This document shows, piece after piece, positions 25,561 through 38,984 of a stretch of 64,000 nt of DNA. This DNA comes from Octopus sinensis (Eukaryota): contig NC_043003.1 of NCBI RefSeq assembly GCF_006345805.1, forward strand, positions 82,956,001-83,020,000, given 5' to 3'. The position numbers and the translations under genes are program-made. The notes beneath the pieces were generated by a model. That model saw nothing but the letters and a program-made list of their open reading frames with translations, had not been told where the DNA came from and ran no database searches. How positions within the stretch are numbered: the stretch's first letter is position 1; each line of letters begins with the position of its first letter.

Positions 25561-26089
25561 TGTCGATAGTAAACTATATCAGGCATGAATTAGTTATTAG
25601 TTTAACCGTTGACATGACCAATTTGACAAAGCATGCTATTCAAGAGCTTGATTAGTAAGTTCTACCGTACCTACCGTATTCTCCTCAATAGCGCCATCAG
25701 ATTATTACATTTTTTTCTCGCTCTCCAAGTATCTGGATAGCGTTTGATTCAGCAACTACGTGTGGCTGTAAAACGTGGCTTCGGTAAATTCTTCTAATCG
25801 AGACCTGGTAATTTCTGCCGTCAAAGTATTGACAATTTCGTAGAATGTTGGCATGAACAATAAAAAGTATATTAATCATAGATTTGTAGATGAAAAATTA
25901 GGAACGCGTATTTCTGACAATCCTCTATATGAGAAGTAAAGAAATATTATTCGAAACACATCGTCTCAGTATTAACTCGTAGTTAATGTGTAGCAAGTGA
26001 TTAAGCGTCTTCATCCTGGTGGAGGCGAAGAGTGCCTATGCCTGATGCGGCTGTTCAGCCCAAGGGTTTTATAGAAGAGTGGAAGCCAT

Positions 26090-26270
26090 TTATTGCAGAG
26101 TTGGGTGCTTGGGGATAAAAAGTGTGAATCACTCTTTGCGTCTTCAACGACTCATCCCTGTCTCTTACGTATGCCTCAAACGCGTCTTCCCCGTCAACTC
26201 CTCGAGGACCCCAAATTCCGTTTCAGAGACCAGCTCAAGGCAACTCATATCCACTGGAGACATATACTGC
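26090..26270 (+). mobile_element. RTE LINE 3' relic
   Basis: LRMPQTRLPRQLL..RFRDQLKAT resembles RMPDTRLPRQLLYG..RFKDQLK. Confidence 0.55.
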
Positions 26271-26779
26271 ACTTCATATTGTAATAAATGATCTGCTTAA
26301 TTGAGCATGAATCAGTGCATTTAATGAAATCTACCAACCATTTTCGAGTAATATCTTAATTAAGTTAAAATCAGTTATGTATGATGATCTTTCTTTTGTA
26401 TAATCTTATAATTTGATAAATATATGGCGTATGTGTATATGAAATATGTACATTTTCGAAAATGGCAGTTGTAATATATTTCGTACGCAAATTCATATAT
26501 AAAACAGAAAATATTCTGCGAACATATATTAAATATATATGTATATTTTAAAGTATGTATGATATATGATATTTGATAGCGATATGTGTTCGGAATGTAT
26601 TCTATAATGCTTATGTACAAAATTCAGTTCTTCATTTACGTAAACATGCTTGATCATAACATAGCCTAAATTGTTGTAGCAATTCTAGATTAAATATTGG
26701 AATACAGGGTCTCCTACCTGTTATGCCTCCTTTTTTCAAGAACACTTTGATGAATTAGTAAATAATTGACAGTGTTGGA

Positions 26780-27545
26780 TTGCATAAAGACTGATGTTGT
26801 AATTGAGAAAAAGTTCAGTGACATGGAGGACCGGAAGCCAAATGAATATTGGAAGAGAGTTACCTGTGGTATGATGATTCCCCACTACCCGGGTGTCAAA
26901 TTACAAAATTATGACAGGTGTTCAATATTCTGTGAACGCTGTAAAAGCTATAAGGATTGACATGAATGGCTACATTGGAGGCTACGAAGCAGTGGCCAGA
27001 AGGAAGGGACACAACAATCATTCTGACTGCGTCCACTCTGAGATTCATCCAATAAGTGCAGGGCAGGATGATGGAAGATGCCAGCAAGGGAATTTGGAGA
27101 TTGGCGGGAGAGATGGTTATTGGAGGTGCCATCACGAAGCTGGCGCAGAATGTCGACCTTCTACATTACAAGTGGCACAAGGAACAAATTCTGATAGCAA
27201 AGGCCGAGGGAAAATACTTGACGAAAGCAAAGAAGCTCACGAACTAAATAGGCATTCTGTTGAGTACCTGGTTCTTCTTAGAGGAAAAGAATATCTGCCT
27301 AGGCCACTTCTACATCACCAAGAGAAAGAGGTGGCTAACCTACAAATCATGTAATGTCCCAAGTACCTTGAAAAACAAATTCCTCCCAACTGTGGCGGTC
27401 TTTTGAGTGTGACACCTATGAGGGTAACTTTATACTGTAATGCATCTTTCAGCAGGGCCTTAGGCTAAATCCAGATGGCTGCATAAAACTGCTACTGATT
27501 GTGACGGAAAGGAGTTGCTACTGGAGGGTCATATATAAGGCAACA
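26780..27545 (+). mobile_element. Heavily decayed RTE-like LINE RT region
   Basis: Weak colinear motifs across frames: YWKRV..GMMIPH..KLQNY, IGGAITKL..DLL, W.VIYKAT. Confidence 0.35.
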
Positions 27546-27559
27546 GGATTCAATCCCTT

Positions 27560-27961
27560 CACACACCAGCGGAAAGCGTCAGAAGTGTCTGTCGGGGAAT
27601 TTCCAGGAAATCTTCAACCCGTTAATGGCCTACTAATTTCTCCGAATGAGAATCCATGGATTACTATGCGTGGAGTGCGATTGAGAAAGATAACAACTGC
27701 TTTTCCTGCAGCACCACGATCGACTGGTGGCCAACATAAAGGATCGACTGTCTTCCGAGGAACACAGTGAGGAACTCATGTACTACAGTTTCTGTAGCCT
27801 GGTGAGGCTGTGGTGGTAGCTGAGGGCAGCTATCTGAGTAAACTGTTATGTTCCAGACTTAATCCACTTTATACTTTTGAGTAGGGTAATTACTTTTGGA
27901 TAGGATATTTGTTTTTATTTTCCTTTTCTGCAAACTGCGAAAGTTAGCACGAACATCTTGT
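27560..27961 (+). mobile_element. Tc1/mariner (maT/DD37D-like) transposase C-terminus and right end
   Basis: PHTS...NP(MD)YYAWSAIE...EAVVVAEGSYL* read across frames; ends ...acatcttgTA. Confidence 0.65.
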
Positions 27962-28199
27962 ATATGTTGTGTCAATGCGATTATTAATTACAATTTTCAC
28001 TTTCTTTTTACAAGACGGGTAGAGTAGTGAGTATATGTCGTAGTGTAATATTAGGCAATAGTTTGTCTTATACGTAGGGCACAACATTGTACAGATGACC
28101 AAAAAAGTTTCAAGAGAATTGCACATCTCAAGTAATACGGCAATTCAAAGTTAGTATCATGCCACTACGTTGCCAAATGTGTCAAACGCGTTCAAAAAA

Positions 28200-28577
28200 T
28201 ATGCATCTGTGTGGTAGAAACTTGCTTCCAAACCACATGGTTCCGGGTTCAGTCCCACAGCATGGAAACTTGGGCAAGTGTCTTCTACCATAACCTTGGG
28301 CTGATCAAAGCCTTGTAAGAGGATTTGGCAGACGGAAACTGAAAGAAAGTCGTAGTATAAATATGCATGTATTTGTGTGTCTGCATTTGTAACGCCCACC
28401 ATCACATGGCAACCGATGTTTGTGTGTTTACGTCCCCGTAATTTAGAAGTTTGACAGAAGTGACCGACAGAATGAATACTAAGTCCTGGGATCGATTTGT
28501 TCGACTAAAGGAGGTGCCCCAGCATGGCCGCAATCAAACGACTGAAACCAGTAAAAGTATAAAAGAATAAAAGAATA
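28200..28577 (+). mobile_element. SINE family B, full length
   Basis: B box ggttcagtccc, CORE-like aacttgggcaagtgtcttc, and (taaaagaa)n tail. Confidence 0.85.
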
Positions 28578-28696
28578 CATATATTTACACACACTCGCAC
28601 ATATAGACACGTATGTATGTATATATTATACATAGGCATATTTATATACATACATATACATATATATAAACACATGGATATGTATGTACATACGCA

Positions 28697-28751
<55 letters not shown>

Positions 28752-28799
28752 GAGAATTTGTTTTGGCGTTTGAAGATGCACTTGAATATCAAACGTATT

Positions 28800-30490
28800 G
28801 TCGTTTTTAAATTTTGTAATAGTTCTATTCAAATACCAAACCGGTTTCGACAATTCGTTTTGCTTATCAATGGTCCAAATATATTAATAAAGTGTTCACG
28901 AGAGAATAATAATATTGGATATAGCTTAACTCATAACTTAGATATTATACCTTCTACGAACAATGAGAAACTAGACAAATTCTACTTAAGTAGAAACAGT
29001 TATAATTATAATAATAAATACTTTAACTTCCCTGTACTCAATAAACATTCTATTAATTTGAATAACCCCGGTAATAATACATCTCACGAAATATCATAAC
29101 AAATAACATTCCCCTATCAAATACACACATAAATAATAATACCTAAAACAATTGCGATTGCATTAAGAATGCATGCAAAATAGGAAGTGTCATATATCAG
29201 TGTACAGTAACAGCTCTAGAAAATAAATATTTTTATGTTGGATCTACTGAAAATAAAATAAAGAAACGGATATCAACCAGCTTATACATACTTAGAAATA
29301 AAGATAAATCTAACTCAGCTGGATTCTGCAAATTTATCTGCCAACTAATATATAACAATATAAATTTTAATATTAAAATGGATATAATAGCTTCACCACC
29401 TTCTTATAAAGCTAATAGTAAAAATGATTTCTTTGTTTAAATGAGAAATTTTTCAGTCTTTCGGCGAAATGCACATTACTTAACTTTAGAAATGAGAGAA
29501 AGAAATATTGTATACACATGGGAAAATATGTATGTTCCAAATATAAACACATAGATAATAAGAGTTCAGTTACCTCTCTCACCACTATAGTTGCACACTT
29601 TAATCCATAACCCATACTATCACTTCTATTTACTTCATTGTTGATATATTAAGCTAATTATTAATAATGTTCATATTATTAATAATGTTCAATGGCGGTG
29701 CCCCAGCATGGCCACAGCTCAAGAGCTGAAACTGGAAAAACAAAAAAACAAACAAAAAAAAAAAAATAGTATTCTACTATTAATCCCATACTTTAACTAT
29801 AGATTTATATTTAATTTTATTTCTTAATTACTCTTTCTTCAATTTACTTTGAAAAATTCGTTTATACCTAAATTAAAACATTACATCTCTCATTATATCA
29901 CTTCTCTATATATTTTCCCATTATCTTCCTATTTTTACCAAATTTCCCAATAGTAGTAATTATTATTTTCATTTAATATTGTTAATTTGTACTCCCCCCA
30001 TTATATATTTTTAATATAATTAATACCGATTTGCACATTGTTTCTCCTTTTCCTAGAATTACTATTAATATTTACCTCCTTTCACCCTCCAATGTTTTAA
30101 GCTTCCATACTATTCTTTACTCAGATGTTTTATTTATTTATTAAATTTATTAATAAATATACATATATTTAGTTTTCAAACATTTACATAAAAAACATAT
30201 TTTCTTACCTATATTCATTTTTTCTATATGTTTTCTATAATTCCTAAGATTAATTAACTATCCATATTACCCCCACACCTCCTTAACCGCTATATTCATT
30301 TTACACACATAAGAATTTTATCCCCTAAACTAAAAAAACTATAAAATTTTTCGTTGATATAAGGGATTTTTCTCCGTATTCTATACACATAACAACGCCA
30401 TTCTTTTATCGTGTTTATTTATTTATTTATTATATCAGATGGTGCTATCAAGGCCGAAAACTGTTCAAGTTATCAAAGTTTTACTTTATA
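28800..30490 (+). mobile_element. Penelope-like element 3' part (GIY-YIG domain and AT/pyrimidine-rich tail)
   Basis: SVIYQCTVTALENKYFYVGSTENKIKKRIS..NSAGFCKFICQL..NFNIKMDIIA at ~29165-29400; NNIGYS upstream; decayed HHR-like cagatgg..ccGAAAactgttc at ~30436-30470. Confidence 0.75.
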
Positions 30491-30811
30491 TTACCGCTAA
30501 AGATCCCCAAACAAATGAAACGCTACTTATTTAAAAATATATGAAAATAAGTATAAGAATGTGCATCGTCCATTTAATTAAAAAAAATTATATGTGGCTG
30601 ATGATTGCACGACATTTTAAAACTGATGTAATGCTTACAGTGTTTAATAAAATGAAGTAGCATGAAACAATTGTACTACACTACCTTGGATATCCTTGTT
30701 GCATATTTTGATTATAATCACCCCATTTGATTTATATGGGTAATACCATACAAAATACTGGTGCCTTTAACTTAAGTACCATATTCATCTGAATCTAAAT
30801 TTTGCTGAACT

Positions 30812-30866
<55 letters not shown>

Positions 30867-30890
30867 ATATGTGTGTGTGTGTGTATAAAG

Positions 30891-30924
<34 letters not shown>

Positions 30925-30945
30925 TATATATATGTATAAAGATAT

Positions 30946-31295
30946 CCGGGATCCGGGACCCCCTTCGGTCACGACACTGACCATGGGATTGCACCTAGAA
31001 AGTTACCCTCCTATTCACAAGTCTGGGCATGGTTGTTTATGGAAGACCAGCAGTCGCCCATGCATACCGGCCTCCCCTCTCCACGCCACCAGTGTTATCC
31101 AAGGGAAAGGCAAAGGCCGATACAGCTTGGCACCAGTGACGTCGCAACACATTTCTAGAGCTCAGTGAACTGGAGCAACGTGATTTAAAGTGTCTTGCTC
31201 AAGAACACAACACACAGCCCGGTCCGGGATTCGAGCTCACAACCTCACGATCGTAAGCTCGACGCTCTAACCACTGAGCCATGCGCCTTCACTAC
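30946..31295 (-). mobile_element. tRNA-Arg(ACG)-derived SINE (family C), full length with TSD
   Basis: A box tggctcagtgg, ttACGat anticodon-like loop, B box gagctcgaatcc. 12-bp TSD GTATAAAGATAT at 30934-30945 and 31296-31307. Confidence 0.92.
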
Positions 31296-31301
31296 GTATA
31301 A

Positions 31302-31340
<39 letters not shown>

Positions 31341-31369
31341 AATATATATATATATATAAATATATTACC

Positions 31370-31545
31370 TTCACCTTGATCACCTTGACCGACCAGTCAG
31401 TTAGGCGTCCATTTGACACCGCTGGTCACAGCACACTGTCCACTCCTCTCTGGATCGCACCTTTCTCATCCACGTGATCCCAATCGTCCTGCTGAAATCG
31501 TAACTCCACCGTCATGGAGGTCTTCCGGGTGGTCACGAAGATAAT
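31370..31545 (-). mobile_element. RTE LINE extreme 3' end with (GATCAAGGT)-type tail
   Basis: Minus-strand translation PGRPP*RWSYDFSRTIGITWMRKVRSREEW; tail ggtcaaggtgatcaaggtga. Confidence 0.75.
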
Positions 31546-31554
31546 TCTGAACAT

Positions 31555-32112
31555 GTCATCACGTCGTCTCGACGAACAACAGCCGAGGAAACAAGCAGGT
31601 TTCCGGAAGAACTACAGCACGATGGACCATATGTTTACCTTAACGCAACTGCTTGGGCGAGCAAATGAGTAAAAGCTGCCTCTTTGCGTTGCGTTTATAA
31701 TCTATGAGAAGGCCTTCGATAGCGTCGAAACCAACGCAGTGCTGAACTCGCTGCAGAGGCAAGGAGTCGAAGCGCAATATGTGCAGCTGCTCAGAGAGGC
31801 AAATTCCGGATGCTCCACCGACATATCTCTACTGTCATCACGCATACGAGTGCCGGTCGAGAAGGGAGTGAAGCAAGGATATACAATCTCCCCAAAACTT
31901 TTCAGTGCATGTCTCGAACAGATCATCAGAGGCATCGACTGGCAAGGTGGTGTCAACATCAATGGCGAGCTCCTCACCCACCCCCGCTTCGCTGACGACA
32001 TCGTACTCATCGCTGAAAACACGGATCAGCTTCAGACCATGCTGACGGAGCTCGACATCAAAAGCTCAGCAGTAGGTCTCAAGATGAACCGCATGAAAAC
32101 AAAGTACCAACA
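31555..32112 (+). mobile_element. RTE LINE reverse transcriptase segment, inverted relative to its 3' end
   Basis: LDEQQPRKQAGFR..STMDH..YEKAFDSVE..GVKQG.TISPKLF..RFADDIVLIA..GLKMNRMKTK. Confidence 0.95.
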
Positions 32113-32569
32113 GGTCGAATATAAATATATACATATATACACACACACATATGTATATATATATATATATATTATATATATATATATATATACATGCATA
32201 TATGTGCGTGATCCTGTGCGTGTATGTGTTTATTTAGAAAATTATCTCCGCTTCCGCTAATATAATATATTCGTTAGGCAATTGAAAGTGAATACTACGA
32301 TTCTGTAATTCAATCTAGGTTATAGAGAATGATTCCGTGAGATTCAAACATTCGGAACAATTTCGGTTATAGCATTGAAAACATTCGTCCAAGATATACG
32401 TCATTAAATTATTCAGTTTCAGAAGATCTATCGTATTACTGAGAAGATGTTCTTTGCTGAAATATTTAAATCTTTAATGCATAACTATTTGTTGTACTTG
32501 TATGGATAAACATATAAAATACTACCATCCTTGAACGTTCAGACACACACACATACAACAATACACAAG

Positions 32570-32593
32570 CATGCACGCATACATGCATACATG

Positions 32594-32660
<67 letters not shown>

Positions 32661-32691
32661 CTTTATATATATATGTGTATATAATATATAT

Positions 32692-32752
<61 letters not shown>

Positions 32753-32949
32753 CAGAGATTATATGATTGGGATCTTTAGACTACTGTAGTTGCTGTGAGA
32801 TGCAATGCACACACCCCTCACACACAAATGCAGACATACAAGCATATATATATATACATATTTAACACACATATGTACATGTATGTACATATATCCATAA
32901 ATGCGTATATATACATACATGTATGCATGCATATATATGTATATATATT

Positions 32950-33010
<61 letters not shown>
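32570..33010. repeat. Compound (TA)n/(TG)n/(CA)n microsatellites
   Basis: Direct reading. Confidence 0.9.
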
Positions 33011-33013
<3 letters not shown>

Positions 33014-33471
33014 TTTACATGCATGTATATACAAACATATATACACGTTCATTGATATGAACATATATACTTGAGTAAAATGAAAAGAGCAACCAATTTT
33101 GACAGGTCTCTGCATATCTAATATACCAATCATGATATTGTATGCTTTTTATACGTTTGTATATATACCACATAGTAAAATATACGCACATGCATTGGAC
33201 AAAACTTTTTTATAGTTTTCATCTGCAACCATAAATCGCTGGCTACAAATATTTATCCCGATATATTTGTCATAGCCAAAAGATATAAAGACAAGGATAT
33301 GTATGAGAAAGATGAGATATAAAGGCGTATTCATAAGTATTACAAGAAATATATGCAGGTCAGCCAGAAGCGTACACACCAGACACATATTATCATGACG
33401 ATAGATTTGAAAACGAATAGCAATATAAATATGGCTCACTCTAAAAATGTAATACAAACAGCCGTTTCATA

Positions 33472-33520
<49 letters not shown>

Positions 33521-33549
33521 ATATATATATATATATATATATATACACT

Positions 33550-33915
33550 TTGTCTTCTCAAAGAAAATATTTCTCCAGCATTCGCTATTTTACCCTCGTT
33601 TCGGTCTAACGACCTTCCATGTTTATTTTCGTTACGTTTCCTTGTGTGTCTCCACTGTCCTGTTTTTGTCTCCAACTTTGACCTTCCATAAATTCCAAAT
33701 TAGATTTTAGTATTTATGGGAACAACTGTCTTCGAAGACTCAAACTGTCGTTCAATGCTCGAAATGAGGAGTAGATATACAGCGGACAACTGATGAAGGG
33801 TCGTTCTTTATGTTAATTTTCCTGTTTTCCATTTGTTTTTCTCGTTGTTTGCGTATTGATACATTTCTCTCGTATTTCACGTTGTTTTCTGTTGGTGACG
33901 TCCTGTACCCGTATA
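33550..33915. mobile_element. Probable PLE terminal fragments between (TA)n tracts
   Basis: GGTC-gtta-GACC-GAAAC stem on the minus strand (~33590-33620) and caaCTGATGAAGGG at ~33790. No complete fold. Confidence 0.35.
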
Positions 33916-34004
<89 letters not shown>

Positions 34005-34162
34005 GGGCACATTAATATATATTATAAGCCTGTAACAATGTATATAAAAACAAGCATACACATACGCTCACGTATGCACATATAGACATTACAGCTTACC
34101 AGACATGACAGATAAACTTGTGTGTATAAACATATATATATTTGTGTACACAAACGCGCGTG

Positions 34163-34205
<43 letters not shown>

Positions 34206-34237
34206 TTACGCAAATACAAAAACAAACAAATACGTAC

Positions 34238-34269
<32 letters not shown>

Positions 34270-34664
34270 CGAGAAACAGACAGACAAAGACAGACAGACG
34301 ACAGACAGACAGACGGATAGATAGAATATATTCAACTTTGGAAGTTTATTTTTTGTTGTAATTAATTAAATTGAATCTAATAAACCATATTTTAAAAATT
34401 CGTTTTTATTTCAAAATATATCATTTATTTGTAATAACGCCAGTACTATTTATATTTACATTTACAACTATATGCGCACATTAGCACACACACACACACA
34501 CACTTAGATACATAAACATATATATATATATAAATGAGTGTGTGTCCATATTCAGATACACAGCCTTTGTACTAGTGTGTTAGTAGACATGTAGGTCTCA
34601 ATTTTTTCCGTTGTATTCCTGTTTTGCTCATTTCAATGCAATTATATATATATATATATATATC

Positions 34665-35030
34665 TACCGTGGCTCTCCATCGGTTACGACGAGGAAGGTT
34701 CCAGTGGATCCAATCAACCTGCTCGTGCAATTAACGTGCAAATGGCTGAGCACTCCACAGACACGTGTAACTTTAACGTAGTTCTCGGGGAGATTCAGCG
34801 TGACACAGAGTGTGACAAAGCTAGCCCCTTGAAATACAGGTTCAACAGAAACAGGAGTAAAGAGCGAGAGAAAGTTGTGCTGAAAGAGTACAGCAGAGTT
34901 CGCGCCCAACCCCTGCCGGAGCCTTGCGGAGCTTTAGATGTTTTTGCTCAATAAACATTCATAACGCCCCGTCTGGAAATTGAAACCGCGATCCTTTGAC
35001 CACGAAACCGATAACCTTAACACTATATGT
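34665..35030 (-). mobile_element. tRNA-derived SINE (family D), with a second head fragment at ~35080-35180
   Basis: Head ..gatcgcggtttcaatttccagacggggcgttatgaatgtttattgagcaaaaaac is repeated at 35090-35180. Confidence 0.8.
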
Positions 35031-35033
35031 GTA

Positions 35034-35082
<49 letters not shown>

Positions 35083-35192
35083 CGGAGCTTTAGGTGTTTT
35101 TGCTCAATAAACACTCACAACGCCCGGTCTGGAAATCGAAACCGCGATCCTATGAACACGAATCCGCTAACCTAGCCACTATATATATATAT

Positions 35193-35199
<7 letters not shown>

Positions 35200-35251
<52 letters not shown>

Positions 35252-35360
35252 ATGTGTGTGTGTGTGTGCGTGTGTGGTGCGTGTGTTTATGTTTGTGCGT
35301 GTGTGGTGCGTGTGTTTATGTTTGTGCGTGTGTGGTGCGTGTGTTTATGTTTGTGCTTGT
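35200..35360. repeat. (TG)n followed by 3 copies of a 29-bp TG-derived unit
   Basis: gcgtgtgtggtgcgtgtgtttatgtttgt starts at 35268, 35297 and 35326. Confidence 0.9.
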
Positions 35361-35899
35361 CTATGCTTCAGCGTGCTTGTATTGCTGTGTAAACACAGAC
35401 TAAAATATGTAAACATTTCTATTTAGAAGAATCAATTCACATAAAGTATGTACCTATGAAGCAATTTCTGTTTATTTTTTTTTTTTTTTCTCTTAACTAC
35501 GTAGAAACTGGGCAGTTAGAGTTTGTTGTTATTCTTTTAATAAAGCATGTGATAAAGAATTTTAAATGTTTGAATACGAATATTAAGTACACGATTCAGG
35601 TTCTACAAAGTAGAGAGTCTATTATAAATGCAGGGGTAACCGGGTTTTTAGGCAGGTATTAGCATATGTATATGGGTAAAATGAGCGGTTACTGAGTGAA
35701 CGTTATAAATTTCGAGAAAGAAAACCATGAGTCAACAGTATTAAGAATTAAGAAATACTGTTTGTTTTGCAGGTAATTGCTATTTGCATAATAGTGGGTT
35801 AAATGAAATCATGAAAATAAAATAGAGCAAAATTAAAGAAACCCTAAAAATACCGTTCTTTGGGTTGTTCTGTGACATAGACTGTTGATAATCTACCTC

Positions 35900-36800
35900 C
35901 TTTGATTCTGGACATAGACATCCTTATCATCACTTGTAGATACTCTCCCTTTGGTATCCAGATCACGTCACCAAGCTTTACTTACGCTTGTTTTCTTCCT
36001 TATACCCCACGGGCTCCATCTAATGAAATACCAGGCAACGCTGTGATGGCGGCCTTCTGTGAGCCTGCCCAATCCATCACCAGTATCTTCGTTTGATCTG
36101 TGAGTCAATCGAGGTTTGTTGACTTTACTTGTCCCACAATACTATGCCGCAATTTTTTTTTTCGGTTAATAGATTCTGGGTGTCGTCTTGAAGCAGTGTT
36201 TGATGAGGTATTCAAAACTTCCTTAGGGTGAGTTTCATATATTTCCAAGTCACTAAATTGCGCACAAACCACTGACTCCATTTTTTTCATTCAAGACTCG
36301 AATTTTAGATTTTGCAATTAGAGTCACTAAACTTGTGTAGACGACGATGCTCCTCACATACATAAGGATAGATGTATCATGAAGCGAGTCATACATAATG
36401 TGTACTGGCTGTCATAACCTTGGCATTGCATCTATGTTTCTTCATGCCAAATTGAACTGACATTTCATTAAGACTGATTGTCTTCCACTACATCTGGCTT
36501 GAGCAGCGTATCCCCAGCGCAACGCTTTCAAGCTGTCTATACGTTATCCCCAGTATTCTGGAATTCGTTGCTTCTGTAGTGATCTTCATTATCTAGGTGA
36601 TCACCAAGAACAACAATAAGGATCATAAGAGACAACATTGGAAGACTCAGGTCTTCTGTATGAAATTCCTTGTTAATCTTATATATGTCTGAGGTAACAC
36701 TATAGGGCATTTCCTCGTGTGATTTCAGCACAATGTCCACAAGATATATACTGGGTAACCGAGTGCAGCACAAATGCCCCATATTATCATTGTGAATATT
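35900..36800 (-). mobile_element. Decayed RTE-like LINE, AP-endonuclease region
   Basis: ILIVVLGD (cf. IVLGDFNA) and ..SDSN.KI (cf. SDH..AK). Many stops and frameshifts. Confidence 0.4.
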
Positions 36801-37839
36801 AAGAGAATCTTTTTCATAATCTATGAAATTTTAAAATACCGGAGATAACCGATCTATAGAATGTTCGACTATGATTTCCATGTACGCTTTATATTCTTCT
36901 CATAAAGTGCTCTTACAAACTCCAGGTTGTTTTCTGTAAGCAGACATTATGTTCTTTGCTGAGATTTTCCGCTATAACATGGTTAAAATGTTTCCCATAA
37001 ACTGACGATCGTTTTATTTCTCGGTAGCTTCGGCATTGCTTGACATCTTTATTTGGGAGTTTCACGAGGTAGCTTCGTTTCCTATCGGTAGGTAACGAAG
37101 CTACAAAAACATAGAAATGATAATTTGATATATTAAATGACCAGCTTTAAATAAACCCAAAGTATTACGATAAGTTTCCTTGAAGCTAAAAGTATTCTAA
37201 CAGAGGGAAGTGAAATAAGAAATTCGCCACAGGCTATGAAGAAACTATAAGGATTTCTAATGTTTGAATTTAGGTAAGGATTTTTAGAATATTCTTTGAA
37301 AGATATTATTAAATACTGAAAGTAAGAGAAGAAATTGAAATGAGTTTTTATAGAATTAAGCGAGTTTTTTTTTTATAGTGAGAGTAAAAGAGATAAGATG
37401 AATAGTGTTAGGAATTGATAAATGGGAAATGAATGGGAAATAACAATACTACTACGGTAAGAAAGAATAAAGAGAAATTTAATGAAATGTGCGTTAGAAA
37501 CTTACGTCGAAAGATATATACACGTAATATTAAGAATACAATATATTAATACGTGTAATATATCAATTTTTCTTTGATGAGGATGAGCACTTGTTTGTGC
37601 ATTGATATAAACCCTAAATTGAATTTTCGTAAGCATGTAGTGCTTGATAAGGTGTATCTTCTGCTATGAAGCCTTAGGGACTGTGCCAAAGTTATTGAAG
37701 AGTGAGTGGTAAATAGGCACAGAAATTGAGAAAAAGGTTTGCAAGTTTTGCGTAGAGAATGCAAACTATTAAAGACTCTTACATCTTCAAGATGTACCAA
37801 ATATCAGAGGAAGTATAAAATAACATGTGAATGCACTTA

Positions 37840-38015
37840 GCGGGGTGATTAGGGTATTGGACTCATGATCGAAAGATTGTGGTTTCCATTCCCAGCCCGG
37901 GCGCTGCGTTGTGTCCTTGAGCAATATACTTTGTTTCACATTGCTCTGATCCACTGGTAAGAATGAGCAATCTTGCGACGGGCCGGCATCCCGTCCGGAG
38001 AGGAATATATACGCC
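37840..38015 (+). mobile_element. Diverged tRNA-derived SINE related to family C
   Basis: gcgttgtgtccttgagcaatatactttgtttcacattgctc resembles the core of 30946-31295. Confidence 0.65.
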
Positions 38016-38677
38016 GGAGAAACTGGGAAACAGGTACGATGTTCCTTACGGAGTAAAAAAAGCCATAAACGCCATAAAAGGAAGCCTGCATATTTTAGAA
38101 TACCTCATTTACAAAAATAAAAATATATCTTCTAAAGTGCCCAAATTTCCTCTTTCACTCAATCTCGTTCAACGTTACAGACACCCCTAAAATATGCAGG
38201 TATTACGCTCTATGAATACCTGTGTATTTGCAATAAATTCAAATATTGCAAACTTTCTAACCGCAACAAGATCTGATACCGTTTATTGTCTTTGCAAAGT
38301 TATGATATTTAACTGTGAAGTTAAAATAAGCACAACGCTCCAAACATATGTGCATGTACGTCCACACATGATATACATACACAAATATACGCATGCATGC
38401 ATGTATGTATCTAGCGAGATAAGTGTTGAAAAGTGTATTTCTGTGTGACAATGAAATCGAAATAATCTGAGAAAAGACAAAAGCCGAATTACGTTGCAAA
38501 TTGATAAAATTTCTGTACCTCAAACTAAAACTTCCCCTGAACTACTACAGCTCATTACAAGTATTTGTTATGCATATTCTTTCTTGTTTCCTTCCTATTT
38601 TGCCCGAGGAAAGCAAAATCTGGTGTTCTGTTCTGCATTTGTTTTGTTGCATATGCCTTATTCTGATATTGTTCTAG

Positions 38678-38764
38678 AGCTCCTTCCTGCTGGGATATCA
38701 GATAAATCCGTGTGGTTCTTTTTCCATTATTTTAATCAGCATTTCATGAGTATTTGCAGTATTT
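38678..38764 (+). CDS. Candidate symmetric exon (phase 1-1): LLPAGISDKSVWFFFHYFNQHFMSICSI
   Basis: 87 nt with only one open frame. Acceptor ccttattctgatattgttctAG and consensus donor |GTAAGT. Confidence 0.4.
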
Positions 38765-38984
38765 GTAAGTGAATTCTTTCTATATAAATTTTATTTATTG
38801 TTTTGAAATTTGAATAAATTTTTACCTGTTATCAGACATGACGATAGAGTACCAAGTAGAAATAACAAAAAAGAAGATGTAGGAATTTATGACAGCCGCA
38901 TATATTTGGTAAAGATTTGCAGAGAAATGGCGACGGAGTTTAAAGACAAACAGCAACGCTTCAACGCTTATAGACAGATATATG

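Noticed and set aside
26040-26065. CTGATGC-GGCTG-TT-CAGCC-CAAG
   Set aside because: Three core mismatches and no stem I or III; compatible with chance.
31215-31292. tRNA-Arg(ACG)-like cloverleaf
   Set aside because: It lacks a proper acceptor stem and runs into a SINE body bounded by a TSD, so it is a SINE head.
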